This document shows positions 24,796-35,296 of a DNA stretch of 64,000 nt, piece after piece. The notes under the pieces are model-generated. The model worked only from the letters and a program-made list of their open reading frames with translations. It did no database searches and was not told where the DNA came from. The stretch is taken from contig CBDFHJ010000010.1 in NCBI GenBank assembly GCA_965247635.1, positions 773,918 through 837,917 on the forward strand, read 5' to 3'. Origin of the DNA: Dehalococcoidia bacterium. Lineage in GTDB: Bacteria > Chloroflexota > Dehalococcoidia > Lucifugimonadales > Australimonadaceae. Each line of letters begins with the position of its first letter. Position 1 is the stretch's first letter. The translations under genes were made by a program, and so were the position numbers.

Positions 24796-27255
24796 TTACG
24801 GCGACGGGCTGAAGCGGAGTAACCTCATGGAAAACTTGGTCTCTCCCACCCAAAGGTACGCTCCATCGAAGGAGATGGTCGCCGGCATGAACAGCTTGTC
24901 GCGACCGATTTGAGGTCTGTAGCTGTCTGTCCCTAATACGACATCCCACCCTTGGCCTGACAAAGCGTCGCCTATGTCGTTCCAAATGACTACGCGGTGG
25001 TTTCCAAGGTCAGTCAGAAAGAGACGGCCTTCAACTGCCTCCACCGCGAACACACCATTGAACGTGCCCCCTCCGTCTATGGTGACCGGCCCCGTATCCA
25101 CGGATAGCCCTTCCACCGGGTAGGCGTAAGCCACCTGACGATCAAAGGTAGCGACCATCAGGTAATCGCCATCGCTAGAGACCCGCCAAGGCCGATCGAC
25201 CTCTAGGACGAATGCCAGCACAGAGTCCTCAGAGGGGAATCCTTCCCATACATAGACTTTGTTCGCTGCGTAGTCCGCAAGATAGAAATATCTGCCATCT
25301 ATGGCAATGCTCCGTACCCCCTGGAGTTGTGTACTGCCGATGCTCTTATAGAAAACCTGGTCAGGAAGCTCCCCGTGGAGGGGAAGGGTTTCCCAGGCAT
25401 AGATGATATCTCGGCCTGCGAGCAGCAAAGTGTCTCCCCGGAGGGTGATATCCGTCGGAGCAAAAGGCAGGCCGTAAACGACATCAGGGTATGCCCCGCT
25501 CTCGTCGGGCAACTGCTGCCATACGTACAATTTTTTATCCGCATCGGAGGCGACCAGGAGGTTTTCCCCGTTGGAAGCGGGTAGGGGGTTGGTGATGACA
25601 AAGTTCGTCTCGAGGGTGTTTGTGTGGATATCCGGGCTCCCGATAGCGAAGTCCGGCACCTGGTCATTCTGAGTGGGAAGAGAGTTATAGACCAGGACTT
25701 TGTTGCCATTGTAGTTAGCGATGTAGAGTCTTTCCCCCACTACGGCCAGGCCCCCGCTATCGCCCCACGGGAAATCATATGCGTCGGTTGAGATGGATAC
25801 ATCTGGTAAGTCGCCCTCGTTCTCGGGAAGGGAGTCCCAAACGTGCAATGTCCGCCCAAAGAGGAACAGTTTACCTTCCGAGCTAAAGACTCCGTGAAGC
25901 CATGGACCGCCAGGCGCCACAGGATCGTTCAAGTAAAAGTCATAGGGCTGGTCGTCAGAAGTAGGGAAGCTTCTCCAGACAAAGCTTCCCGTTCCTGGTC
26001 TGCCCGGCACCCTGGCGTTGTGGTCACCTACGATCAGAGCCTCCCCATCGCTCGTAATTTGTCTTAGGGTGCCAAAATCGCCGTTAGTCAGCTTGATATC
26101 GTGCAGCTCGTTATCCGCGGTGGGAAACTCGTTCCAGATGAGAACGGCTCGGCTCCCCCCTTCGTGCTGGTCACGGCAAGCTTCTCGCCATTGGTCCAGG
26201 CGCCCCACGGCCAGGTGAATGGAACCTTCGCCGCGTCCCCCACGAAATACGGGTCTCCCCCCTGGAGCACCAGGTCGGCCGGCTCACCGTTTTCCGTAGG
26301 GAAACTGTTCCAGATGAGAATGTGGTTATTCTCGGTATCGGCCACCACCACCTTCTGGCCGTCGGTGACGACGCTTATCGGCCAGTTCATCTGATCCAAG
26401 CCATCTCCAGGGCTGTTAGTTACGAAACTCTCTTGGCCCAGTACCAGGTCCGGCTCCACATTACCGTCGGGAGGAGAGTTCCAGACCAGCACCCTGTTAT
26501 TGAAAGTGTCCGCTAGAAGGAGACGAGTCCCGTCGCTGGCAATACCCCCAGGGTGGTTGAAGAGAAGCGGCCCCCCCCCCCCCCCCCCCCCCCGTGTCAT
26601 TGAAGTCAATTCCCGAGAGCATGGTGTCTGCGTCCTGGCCCGTCTTGAAGAAGCCTGAGGTGTTGCCAGGAGCAGCCGCGTACGTAGAGTCTGGAAAGTC
26701 CACGGTTATCTTGCCGATTATTGTGTCGGCGTGGAAGGCTTCACGAGTTATACCCAGCCGAAGAAGACACACGAATGCGGTCTGTTCTTCAAGGCCGGTT
26801 ACTTCAGTTCCCGCCCGTAGGGCCTCCAACTTCTCTCGACCCAAGAAGGCGATTAGACATTCGTCAAACCCCTCGGGAGGAGACGACTGGCCGGATACCA
26901 ACCAATTTACGAAGTCCGGATTATATCGCTGGTGCGCTTCGTCGATCTCGGCCCGCGTAGGCGCCGCTATAGGGGTTGGAGTTGGCGTGGCGGTCTGTGT
27001 TGCCGTGGGTGTCGGTGTGGAGGTTGGCGAGGGAACGGGTGCTGTGGGAGTCGGCGTTTGTGGCGGGGGAGGTTGCGTTGGAGTGGGTGTCGCGGTCGGC
27101 GGCGGCCCGACGACCGTAGTCGGGGTCGGCGTTGGTGTCGCCGTGGGGTCTGGCGAGGCGCAGCCCTGGGACAACAGTGCTACTGCTGCTACGAGGACAA
27201 GAGCGACCTTAAACACCTGGAGACCTCCAGTCGAAGCCGTTGCCCTATTATCCAT
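24796..27255 (-). pseudogene. NHL-repeat beta-propeller lipoprotein, reading frame broken twice at G runs
   Basis: Three consecutive track ORFs (26497-27255, 26088-26609, 24796-26208) read as one protein. It has lipobox LLSQGC, a PT-rich linker and repeated ..A.D..N.R..VW.. NHL-like blades. The breaks are at the poly-G run 26571-26593 and the G6 run 26155-26160. Confidence 0.75.
26571..26593. repeat. uninterrupted poly(C) run (poly-G on the coding strand), 23 nt
   Basis: Read directly from the sequence. My visual count is 23-24, and the ORF-track translations on both sides are only consistent with 23. It encodes Gly7-8. Confidence 0.9.
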
Positions 27256-27313
27256 GGATAGCCGATAGCGTCAACTTCGCACCACGGTAGCATGGTTAGC
27301 GGGCCACATGCTG

Positions 27314-27701
27314 GCACGTCTCAGCAGGTTGAGGAGAACGTGAAGGGGGGTGAGTGGAAGCTGACGGCGGAGGAGAAGGAGGAGGTGGACACGATAGCCG
27401 ACTGGGCTGGCAGTTTCGAGCGTATCGAAGGGTCCATCCGCCAGCCCGAAGGGGCCCGCTAGCGCGGTCCTTCCCTTAGCATTCGGCTCAGGTCGTCGGT
27501 GTCCCGCTGGAGGTCGGCCAGCGCCTGCGGGTCCTCTTGGAGCGGCACCAGCGTACCGAGCGCCGTAAGCAGGCTGTCGCGGGGCACGTTCAGAGCCGCT
27601 GCCAGGAGCTGGGCTTCTCCCAGGACGAAGCGCGCCAGGAGCACGCGCTGCGGTGTCTCCCACGAGGCTAGGCTTACCTCCACGGAGTTGCCTCCCACCC
27701 G
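27314..27701 (+). repeat. right copy of the 0.39-kb direct repeat
   Basis: Contains a dead copy of the AKR 3' end (..QQVEENVKGGEWKLTAEEKEEVDTIADWAGSFERIEGSIRQP..) plus the functional 3' end of the gene at 27459-28331. Confidence 0.9.
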
Positions 27702-28331
27702 GACCGTACTTTGGTAGCGTATCGCTTGCTTAAGCTGTTCCAGATTCCAGTCCCGATTCATGCTTCCTTCGTGGAAGTACGCTTGCCGCTGCTCGCTGGA
27801 GCCGTAGTTATGGACGAGGCTATGGATGACGTGAAGGTCTTCCATCTGGGCTTCCAACTCGCCACGAGCGACGCGCCCCTGAATAATTTCAATGGCATGG
27901 GTGGGCTCGGACGGCGGCCCTGCCACGTAGCCGAAGTGAACCCCGACGATTGTGGGAGGATCGCCCTGACCACTCCGTCCCGGACTCCTCAGGCGCAGGC
28001 CCAGGGGCCGGCCTTTGAGGCCGAAGACAGGAAAAGGCACCGCTGCCACGAGCTGGGCCAGATCCAGTGTCCCATCGTCACGGCGAAATGGACTACGGGG
28101 CCTCGCGGGGCGCATACTGCGCAGAAGAAAGGAGCGGAGGCGCTGGAGCGGGTTCGAAGAAGGATGCTGGTACGTCATCGTAGTCCAGCCGACGCCGCCT
28201 TCGGCTCTGCAGTTGGGACATACCGTGTCCGCTTGCCATTGACCTCCGGCCCTGCTTAACCGGCGCACGTCGAGCCGCGCACCGCAGTTCTGGCAGTATG
28301 CGTCCGGCAGCTGGCCTTCCACTCTTTTCAT
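27459..28331 (-). CDS. hypothetical protein with an N-terminal zinc ribbon
   Basis: CQNCGARLD..CPNCRAEG. It is a 290-aa ORF with coding-like composition. Confidence 0.5.
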   Translation of the reverse strand: MKRVEGQLPDAYCQNCGARLDVRRLSRAGGQWQADTVCPNCRAEGGVGWTTMTYQHPSSNPLQRLRSFLLRSMRPARPRSPFRRDDGTLDLAQLVAAVPFPVFGLKGRPLGLRLRSPGRSGQGDPPTIVGVHFGYVAGPPSEPTHAIEIIQGRVARGELEAQMEDLHVIHSLVHNYGSSEQRQAYFHEGSMNRDWNLEQLKQAIRYQSTVRVGGNSVEVSLASWETPQRVLLARFVLGEAQLLAAALNVPRDSLLTALGTLVPLQEDPQALADLQRDTDDLSRMLREGPR

Positions 28332-28389
28332 GGTGACCGATTATGACGGCGTTGTTTGGATCTTTAAGCCAAGGTGCTAGCTGCGCACA

Positions 28390-29250
28390 CTACGACGTGA
28401 AGAAACCGATCAGTATCGTCGCCACCATCTCCGGCTGGTCGGTCTGCGCCTGGTGTCCGGCCTTGGGGACCCAGTGGAAGGGTATGTTGGGCAGCGCTTT
28501 CTCCACCTCCCGGCCCATCTCCGGCAGGGCGAAAGTGTCGTTCTCGCCCCAGATGAAGATGCTGGGAATGGGCAGCTTGGGCAGCGTGTCCCGCATGTCG
28601 TAGGCCATGGGCCCCAGGCGAGGGTCCGATTGGAAGCGCTGGGTGCCCTCCTGGAAGGCCTGGCGAGCCTCCGCGGCGCCGGGATGGCTGGCCGCGTTCT
28701 GACGCGCCTCGACCAGCTCGTCGGTGACGGCGCTCTTATCGTAGGTGAGGGCGTCCATCAGGCGGCGCATAGCCTCCTTGGTGCCGTCGTAGCTGCGGAG
28801 CACTCGCATCCCCTCCGACGGGGGCACTTCCAGGCCCATGGCGCCGGCGATGGTCGCGCTGCCGATGTAGCACAGCTTCTTGACCCGGTCCGGATGCATG
28901 ATAGCGTAGCGGGCGGCAGCCCATGCTCCTTGGGAATTGCCGACCATGCAGACATCGTCCAGGCAGAGCGCGTCCATGAAGTCGGCCAAGTGGTCGACAC
29001 GGCTCTGCGTGCCGTAGGGGACCGGCGCCGAGGTCTCGGTGTCGCCGTAGCCGCCCACGGAGTCCAGGGCGTAGACAGTGAAGTGCTGGCCCAGGGCCGA
29101 CATTAGCTTGCCGAACCCCGCCAGGCCGGAGGAGCCAGCCCCGCCGCCGTGCAGGCCCACCAGGGGCGGGCCGTTGCTCCCGCTTTCCGAATAGTGGGTG
29201 CGTACTCCGCCGGCCATGACGTAGCGCGATCGGACTGTATTCTCAGCCAT
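28390..29250 (-). CDS. alpha/beta hydrolase (meta-cleavage-product hydrolase-like)
   Basis: LVGLHGGGAGSSG, GNSQGAWAA, and a C-terminal GHQAQTDQPE. Confidence 0.75.
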   Translation of the reverse strand: MAENTVRSRYVMAGGVRTHYSESGSNGPPLVGLHGGGAGSSGLAGFGKLMSALGQHFTVYALDSVGGYGDTETSAPVPYGTQSRVDHLADFMDALCLDDVCMVGNSQGAWAAARYAIMHPDRVKKLCYIGSATIAGAMGLEVPPSEGMRVLRSYDGTKEAMRRLMDALTYDKSAVTDELVEARQNAASHPGAAEARQAFQEGTQRFQSDPRLGPMAYDMRDTLPKLPIPSIFIWGENDTFALPEMGREVEKALPNIPFHWVPKAGHQAQTDQPEMVATILIGFFTS

Positions 29251-29480
29251 GACAGTCTCCTTTCAGTTGGGACAAGCCCTGCGAGGATTTCCTAGGTCCT
29301 ATTTCAAAAGTCCGGTAATGGTGGTTGGACGGCCCCACCCCGAGCTGGCCCAACCGGCCTCGGAGTGCGTCCGAGGGCGCACCATCCACCTGATGCAGTG
29401 CGTGAGGCACCGGGTGTTGGGAATAGATAGGGCGTGGCGAACGATAGTAGAGCCGGCCACCCACGTCAATCTGATGGCCG

Positions 29481-30350
29481 CTAGCCGTCCGCTTTTTCGC
29501 TGCGCATGAGGGGGGTGAGCTCTGAGCCCGGCATTCCCTCCTGAAGCGCCGTGATCGTCCCCGACTCCAGGATCTCGCGGGAGAGGCGGCGCATGGCGCC
29601 GGCGGCGACGGAGGAGAAGGCGGTGCCGTAGCTCACTCGGGCGACTCCCAGCTCCTGCAGGACGGCGACCGGTGGAGTGGCCGGCCCCGCGAGAACGCTG
29701 ATGGGCGCGGAGACTTCATGCGCCAGCTCGCCGATGACCTCGCGTGTGTGCGCGTTCGTGAAGAAGATACAGTCGCCCCCGGCCTCGGCGTACGCCTGAG
29801 CCCGGCGTACCGCTTCCCGGAGGGCGGCCTGGGGGTCGTCCTGAAGCACCATGAGCGCGTCCACGCGGGCGTTGAGGAAGAACTCGCTGCCCAGCTCCCG
29901 CTTCGCTGCCTGGAAGGCTTCGATCTTCTCGAGCTGGGCCTCCAGCGGCACCAACTCCCACCGCTCTCCGGGGACTCGCGGCGGGCTGTCCTCCAGGTTC
30001 ATGCCCGCGCAGCCGACCTGGACGAGGCCACGGACGGTCTCTTTGGTCCCCTCGGCGTCGCCGTACCCCTTCTCGCCGTCGGCGTTCACGGGCACCGAGA
30101 CCGCCTCCACCATGCGCTGGGTGACCTCGATCATCTGAGCGCGAGTGATCCTCTCGCCGTCCTGGTACCCGAGCCCAGCCGCGATGGCGCCGCTGCTGCC
30201 CTGGATCGCCTCGAAGCCCAGGTGCTCGAAGAGCCGGGCGCTGAGCGCGTCGTAGGCGCCGGGCATGATCAAGATCTTGTCCGCATGGATGAGCTCTCGG
30301 AGCCTGTTGCTCTTCGCGTTGGCTTGGGCCAGGGTCTCAGAGGTGACCAT
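29481..30350 (-). CDS. isocitrate lyase / PEP mutase superfamily enzyme (PrpB / carboxy-PEP mutase-like)
   Basis: ILIMPGAYDALSARLFE..GFEAIQGSSGAIAA, DGEKGYGD, AGMNLEDS, and IFFT. Confidence 0.7.
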   Translation of the reverse strand: MVTSETLAQANAKSNRLRELIHADKILIMPGAYDALSARLFEHLGFEAIQGSSGAIAAGLGYQDGERITRAQMIEVTQRMVEAVSVPVNADGEKGYGDAEGTKETVRGLVQVGCAGMNLEDSPPRVPGERWELVPLEAQLEKIEAFQAAKRELGSEFFLNARVDALMVLQDDPQAALREAVRRAQAYAEAGGDCIFFTNAHTREVIGELAHEVSAPISVLAGPATPPVAVLQELGVARVSYGTAFSSVAAGAMRRLSREILESGTITALQEGMPGSELTPLMRSEKADG

Positions 30351-30525
30351 ACCGCCTCCTTTGTGTGTCGCAGTGAGCCTCCCATTTGGGCGGCTCCGAT
30401 GCTAAGGGTTATGTGAAAGACCTACAAACGGCTGGACGTACCACGCCTCAGCGTGGTTTGCCCACCCTCCCCGGACTGCCGTCCGAGGGTATGCCCCCAT
30501 CTATAAAAGGGCTTTGGAGGCGCTT

Positions 30526-31359
30526 CTAGCCGTGCTTTACCCGGACCAGCGCGCCGGTGCCGAGGCCCAGCAGCTCGGCGGCGCTGCGGTTCGCGGCTCC
30601 GAGTTCCAGGTAGCCGTGGCTGCCGATGATGGCCAGCAGCGGCTCGCCGTCTTGGTAAGAGGTGGCCAAACCCTTCACCTGGTGTCCACCCACCTCGATG
30701 ACAGGAGCGACGCCTGGCTTGACCAGCGCCGCGGCCGGAATGTTGGTGACCAGGTTGCCGAAGTGGTCGACCTGGAGGACACGGCCCACGAGTCCATTGC
30801 CATCCTCCTGGGGCTTGGGCACGGAGAAGGCGGTGACGTGCTCCACCTCGGTTCCCATTCGGTCCGGCGGCACCCCTCTGCTCAGGTAGGCGGCGGCTGG
30901 GGCGAAGACGTCGCGGCCGTGGAAGGTGCTGCTGACAGGGTGGCGCCAGTACTGCTGGTTGGTAAGGTGGTAAGCGTGCCATCCCGGGGGCAACCGGACC
31001 TGCGTCTCGGTGAACGGCTCCGCTTCCGGCACGGAAAAGCCAGCGCGGGTGTAACAGTAGGAGAGGATGCCGTTGTCCGGTCCCACGAAGTAGGCGTCGG
31101 GACCGGCCACGAGGAGGGGTGGCCTGCTGGTGCCGACGCCGGGGTCCACGACCAAGGTGTGGATGGTGGAGTCCGGAAAATAGTGGCAAGAGGTATCGAA
31201 AAGAAAGGCGCCTCCGTGAACGTCCTGGGGCGGCACCTCGTGGGTGATGTCGACGATGACCACGTGGGGGTTGATACCTAGGATGACGCCCTTCATGGTG
31301 CCAACGAAGGGGTCGGCGGTCCCGAAGTCGGTGGTGAGGGTGATGATCGGCCCTGGCAT
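30526..31359 (-). CDS. SAM hydroxide adenosyltransferase (DUF62, chlorinase/fluorinase family)
   Basis: MPGPIITLTTDFGTADPFVGTMKGVI..IVDITHEVPPQDV. The ATG at 31359 is chosen because the longer track ORF overlaps secG. Confidence 0.75.
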   Translation of the reverse strand: MPGPIITLTTDFGTADPFVGTMKGVILGINPHVVIVDITHEVPPQDVHGGAFLFDTSCHYFPDSTIHTLVVDPGVGTSRPPLLVAGPDAYFVGPDNGILSYCYTRAGFSVPEAEPFTETQVRLPPGWHAYHLTNQQYWRHPVSSTFHGRDVFAPAAAYLSRGVPPDRMGTEVEHVTAFSVPKPQEDGNGLVGRVLQVDHFGNLVTNIPAAALVKPGVAPVIEVGGHQVKGLATSYQDGEPLLAIIGSHGYLELGAANRSAAELLGLGTGALVRVKHG

Positions 31360-31366
31360 GCGTGGA

Positions 31367-31582
31367 CTAGGTGACGCGGATGTTGGCGATGGCCAAAGCC
31401 ACGAAGATGACCGCCAGGACGATGGTGAACTGGAACAGCGTTCGCTCCACGCCTCGGCGGGTGCGGAAGGTGGTGCTGAATCCACCGAAAAGGCCGGTGC
31501 TGCCGCCACGGGCCTGCATCAGGATGGTGATCACTAAAAGGATGGCCACCCCGATGACGGCATAGCTGATGAAGGTTTCCAT
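31367..31582 (-). CDS. secG: preprotein translocase subunit SecG
   Basis: 71 aa with two TM segments flanking ..LLQ.RGG..GLFGG... Confidence 0.8.
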   Translation of the reverse strand: METFISYAVIGVAILLVITILMQARGGSTGLFGGFSTTFRTRRGVERTLFQFTIVLAVIFVALAIANIRVT

Positions 31583-31597
31583 AGTCGCTCCGCTTAC

Positions 31598-33091
31598 TTA
31601 CGTCCTAATCTTCTCGAGCTGCTGGCGAAGCAGCTCCGCCACCACGGTGGGGTTGGCCTTACCCCAAGTGGCCTTCATCACCTGCCCCACCAGAAACTTC
31701 GCGGCGGTCTCTTTACCCCCCAGGAAGTCCTCCACCGCCTTGGGGTTCTCTTGGATGGCCTGACCGACGGCCTCGTCGATGACATTCGTGTCCGTGAGCT
31801 GGACCAGGCCCAGCGCCTCCACCACGGACTGCGCCGTCTTGCCCGTCTTGAACATCTCCTCGAAGGCGGCCTTCGCCTGGGGCGTCCCGATGGTGCCGCC
31901 CTGCAACAGCCCTAGAAGCTCTGCCATGTGCTGGGGTCGCAGGGGTGATTTTTCCACCTCCAGGTCCGCCGCGTTGAGCAGCCGGTTGAGCTCCGTGATG
32001 GACCAGTTTGCCACGGTCTTGGCTACGGCGCCGTTGCTGCTTGGCAACGCTCCCTGGAGCTTGGCCACCTCCCGCAACGTCTCTTCATAGTAGGCGGCCA
32101 TGGCTGGGCTGGCGGTCAGCATGGCGGCGTCGTACTCCGAGAGGCCGTGCTCCGCTATGAAGCGGGCCTTCTTGGCCTCTGGCAGCTCCGGTAGCCGCTC
32201 CGCTATTCGCGCTACCCACGCACGGTCCACGTGGAGGGGCGGCAGGTCGGGCTCGGGGAAGTAACGGTAATCGTGGGCGTGCTCCTTGCTGCGCATGGAG
32301 AAGGTCTCGCCCCGCTCCTCCGACCAGCCGCGGGTCTCCTGGACCAGCGTCACGCCATCCTCCGCGAGCTGGGCCTGACGCGCTACCTCGAACTGGAGCG
32401 CCCGGTACACGGCCCGGAAGCTGTTCATGTTCTTGACCTCGACCCGGGTGCGCAGCTCTGTGCTGCCCCTGGGGCGTATGCTGGCATTGGCGTCGCAGCG
32501 AAAAGAACCCTCCTCCATGTTGCCTGTGGAAACGCCCAGGTACTGAAGAATGGAGCGCAGCTTGATCAGGTACTGTCGCGCTTCCTCCGGCGACCGCAGG
32601 TCTGGCTCGCTCACCAGCTCCATGAGCGGCACGCCGGAGCGGTTGACGTCCAGCAGGCTGTAGCCGACGCCGCTGCTGGGGTCGGTCCGGTGGAAGAGCT
32701 TGGCCACGTCCTCCTCCAGATGTACGCGGGTTATGCCGATGCGCCGCACCTCCCCGTCCAGCGTGACGTCCAAGTGGCCACCCACGCACAAGGGCAGGTC
32801 GTACTGAGAGATCTGGTACCCCTTCATCAGGTCGGGGTACGGGTAGTTCTTCCGGTCGAACTTGGTGTCCTCGGAGACGGTGGAGTGTAGGGCCAGCCCG
32901 GTCACGATCACTGCCTCCGCCGCTTGCCGGTTGATCACGGGCAGAGTACCAGGCAGGCCAAGGCAGACGGGACACACGCGGCTGTTGGGAGGCGCCTGCT
33001 GGTAGTCGGCCGGGCAGGCGCAGAACATCTTGCTGCGGGTGCGCAGCTGAGCGTGGACTTCCAGGCCGATGACGGACTCGTAGTCGGTCAT
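31598..33091 (-). CDS. gatB: Asp/Glu-tRNA amidotransferase subunit B
   Basis: [34 protein letters not shown], and a C-terminal GatB_Yqey domain. Confidence 0.9.
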   Translation of the reverse strand: MTDYESVIGLEVHAQLRTRSKMFCACPADYQQAPPNSRVCPVCLGLPGTLPVINRQAAEAVIVTGLALHSTVSEDTKFDRKNYPYPDLMKGYQISQYDLPLCVGGHLDVTLDGEVRRIGITRVHLEEDVAKLFHRTDPSSGVGYSLLDVNRSGVPLMELVSEPDLRSPEEARQYLIKLRSILQYLGVSTGNMEEGSFRCDANASIRPRGSTELRTRVEVKNMNSFRAVYRALQFEVARQAQLAEDGVTLVQETRGWSEERGETFSMRSKEHAHDYRYFPEPDLPPLHVDRAWVARIAERLPELPEAKKARFIAEHGLSEYDAAMLTASPAMAAYYEETLREVAKLQGALPSSNGAVAKTVANWSITELNRLLNAADLEVEKSPLRPQHMAELLGLLQGGTIGTPQAKAAFEEMFKTGKTAQSVVEALGLVQLTDTNVIDEAVGQAIQENPKAVEDFLGGKETAAKFLVGQVMKATWGKANPTVVAELLRQQLEKIRT

Positions 33092-33289
33092 GAGGCCAGT
33101 ATAGCAGGACGTGTCCTGCACCTACTTGCGGTGTCCCCGTGCTCGACGCCTAGCACTCGCTGTCAAGCCCTCGCCGGGACGCCTTGCCCAAAAGAAACGG
33201 TGGACCGGGGTGGGTTGGGTGGGAAAAACAACCCAGAGGCTTGCACTACTATTTGATTTGCCTGAGGGATTCCTCTTTCCGCTTACGTC

Positions 33290-33480
33290 GGATTCGGAAT
33301 GACGGGCTGGCGGCCTCGACTAGTCGGTCCGAAGGACTCCGGACTCCTTCGGAGGGCACCTGCTTGCGAGGTCCCCATGGTTCGACAGGCCTGTCCTGAG
33401 CGAAGTCGAAGGGCTCACCATGAACGGCCATAACTCCGCTCATCCTGGGCTTGTCGAAGGATCAAGCCCTCACCGGAGGA
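33290..33480. repeat. stack of hairpin repeats
   Basis: The 34-nt unit at 33322-33355 is identical to 20006-20039. Also present are GGCCTGTCCTGAGCGAAGTCGAAGGGCTC and CTGGGCTTGTCGAAGGATCAAGCCC hairpins. Confidence 0.75.
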
Positions 33481-33675
33481 ACGAAGTCCGCGTGAGTGCC
33501 ATAAATGGAAAACGCCCTCCTCGTCGAGGAAGGCGTCTCCTAGAGACAACGGTCTTAGACCCTCAGGTACCTCCAACCGCTGAACCTCTCCTGGCCTGGA
33601 GATTATCACGGGTCGTCTGAGAGTTCAACATACCAGAGGCTGGCTACGGCAACACCCCCAGTGGGGACTCTTGGG

Positions 33676-35043
33676 GAGGTTACGTCAATGGGTGTGTAAA
33701 CGACATCAGGCGGCGACCTTCTCAGCCGTTGATTCAATGGCGATTCCATCCGCATACTGTGCACCGAGATAGACGTCTTCGATCAACTCAGGGGCCTTCA
33801 GACGCCTGAAGCGCTGTTCGGCGACCATCAACATTTTCCAGATCACCACTATCGCCCGATCGACCCTCTTGCAGCGCTTGGCGGCATCGGTCCGAAGCCT
33901 GAGGGCCGCGAAGGGTGATTCTACCGGGTTCGTCGTGCGAAGGTGCCCCCAGTGCTCCTTTGGGAAGTCATAGAAGGTGACCATGCGGTCCCAGTCCCGC
34001 TCCAAGGCCTCTGAGGCCGCCTCGTAGGAATGGTCGCCGCACCACCTGGTGAACACCGTCCTGAGCCGCTCAGCCTCTGTCCGAGTCGGCGCGTAGGGGA
34101 TAGTACGCAGCATGAGCTTGGCCTGGTCCTGTTGTCGCTTTGGAAGCTTGGCGAGCACGTTTACGATCTTGTGGTTCCAGCAGCGTTGCTCTGCCGCCTG
34201 CGGATAGACGTTGCGCAGAGCTCCCCAGATGCCCAGGTGTCCGTCCCCAACCACCAGCCTCGAGCACTCCAGCCCGCGGCGCCTCATGTCCCTGAGCACA
34301 TCGGACCAGTTCTCTGTGGACTCCCTGTATCCGGGAACAGCGCTCACCACCACCTTGCTCCCGTCGCTCAGGGCCGCCACCACCACCAGTACTGCCGCCT
34401 TCTCCTTCTCAAGACCAGCCTTGACGTAGACTCCATCCACCCACATGTAGACCACTTCCAGGTCATCTAGGGGCCGGCTGCGCCATTGGGCAAGCTCATC
34501 GTTCCACTTGGACTTCAACCGGGCCACCGTGCTCGCCGATACCGGTGCGTCCTCTCCCAGCAGCCCCCGCAAAGCCAGATCGAAGTCGCCTTCGGATAGA
34601 CCGTGCAGGTACAGCTCGGGGATCAACTCAGCAACCTTCCTGGTCCTGTTGACGAACAGCGGCAGCAGCCGGCTCTCGAACTGCTCCTCGGTATCGCGGA
34701 CTCGCGGCCGCCTCAGCTGTATCGTTCCCGAACTCAGCGTAAGCCTCCGGGCTCTGCCGTATCCGTTCCGATAGCCGGTATCGTTGTCCGAGTCGGATCT
34801 GAGCGCCGACTTCGCCCTTCCCAGAAACGCCGTCACCTCCTCCTCCAGCAACTCCTGGATCAGCCTCTGGACCTGGCTTCGCACCCAATCCTCCAACTGC
34901 TCCCACTCCGGCCTTGACTCCGACCTACTCTCAGTGCTTTCCTTCCTCATGGGCGGTCTATCTCCTCTCTTGGGCCTCGAGCCCGTGTTGTTCAGAGAGA
35001 GGGTACACCGCCTGACTGTTTACACACTTTTTGAAGATACCTC
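33676..35043 (-). mobile_element. IS256-family insertion sequence, copy 1 (1368 bp)
   Basis: The ends are GAGGTTACGTCAATGGGTGTGTAAACGAC.. and ..GTCTGTTTACACACTTTTTGAAGATACCTC, which form imperfect terminal IRs sharing GTGTGTAAAC..CAGGCGG. It is near-identical to 35297-36664. Confidence 0.9.
33706..34950 (-). CDS. IS256-family (Mutator-type) transposase
   Basis: 414 aa. Carries VDGVYVK, GDGHLGIWGAL..VYP.A..QRCWNHK and the NPVESPF signature of Transposase_mut. Confidence 0.9.
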   Translation of the reverse strand: MRKESTESRSESRPEWEQLEDWVRSQVQRLIQELLEEEVTAFLGRAKSALRSDSDNDTGYRNGYGRARRLTLSSGTIQLRRPRVRDTEEQFESRLLPLFVNRTRKVAELIPELYLHGLSEGDFDLALRGLLGEDAPVSASTVARLKSKWNDELAQWRSRPLDDLEVVYMWVDGVYVKAGLEKEKAAVLVVVAALSDGSKVVVSAVPGYRESTENWSDVLRDMRRRGLECSRLVVGDGHLGIWGALRNVYPQAAEQRCWNHKIVNVLAKLPKRQQDQAKLMLRTIPYAPTRTEAERLRTVFTRWCGDHSYEAASEALERDWDRMVTFYDFPKEHWGHLRTTNPVESPFAALRLRTDAAKRCKRVDRAIVVIWKMLMVAEQRFRRLKAPELIEDVYLGAQYADGIAIESTAEKVAA

Positions 35044-35044
35044 C

Positions 35045-35149
35045 CTTGCCGTGAAACGCCTTGAGGTCCAGCGGCCGGTCGCTATTCAGCCACTGGAGGC
35101 CCTCGGGAAAGTCCGGCGCGTTCACGGTACCGGCGTATTTGGTCGCCAT
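35045..35149 (-). pseudogene. detached, inverted 5' end (35 codons) of the thioredoxin-NHL gene
   Basis: MATKYAGTVNAPDFPEGLQWLNSDRPLDLKAFHGK. It continues seamlessly as VLLLDFWTYCCINC at 36673 on the other strand. Confidence 0.85.
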
Positions 35150-35296
35150 CACGCCCCCTAGGCGGCCCCCCGCAGAGTCCAGGACGTGGCCCTGGACCCA
35201 TATGCGGTGTCCCTATCGACAGAGTCAGCGAAGCGCTCGTAAGCCCTCGCCGGTTCGTCATTGGTGCAAGTTCCTTAGCAGGGCGCGGCCCAAGAG

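Noticed and set aside
24787-24801. A 13-nt identity (CACCCGTTTACGG) between the left boundary of the 0.39-kb repeat and 50749-50761. I considered it as a possible recombination or att-like site.
   Set aside because: Tens of 13-mer matches are expected by chance in 64 kb of GC-biased sequence on both strands. There is no flanking similarity.
30422-31281. Two 255-aa ORFs, one on each strand, overlapping the DUF62 gene.
   Set aside because: Both have an Arg/Pro/Gly-rich shadow composition. The DUF62 frame carries the conserved TTDFG and THEVP motifs.
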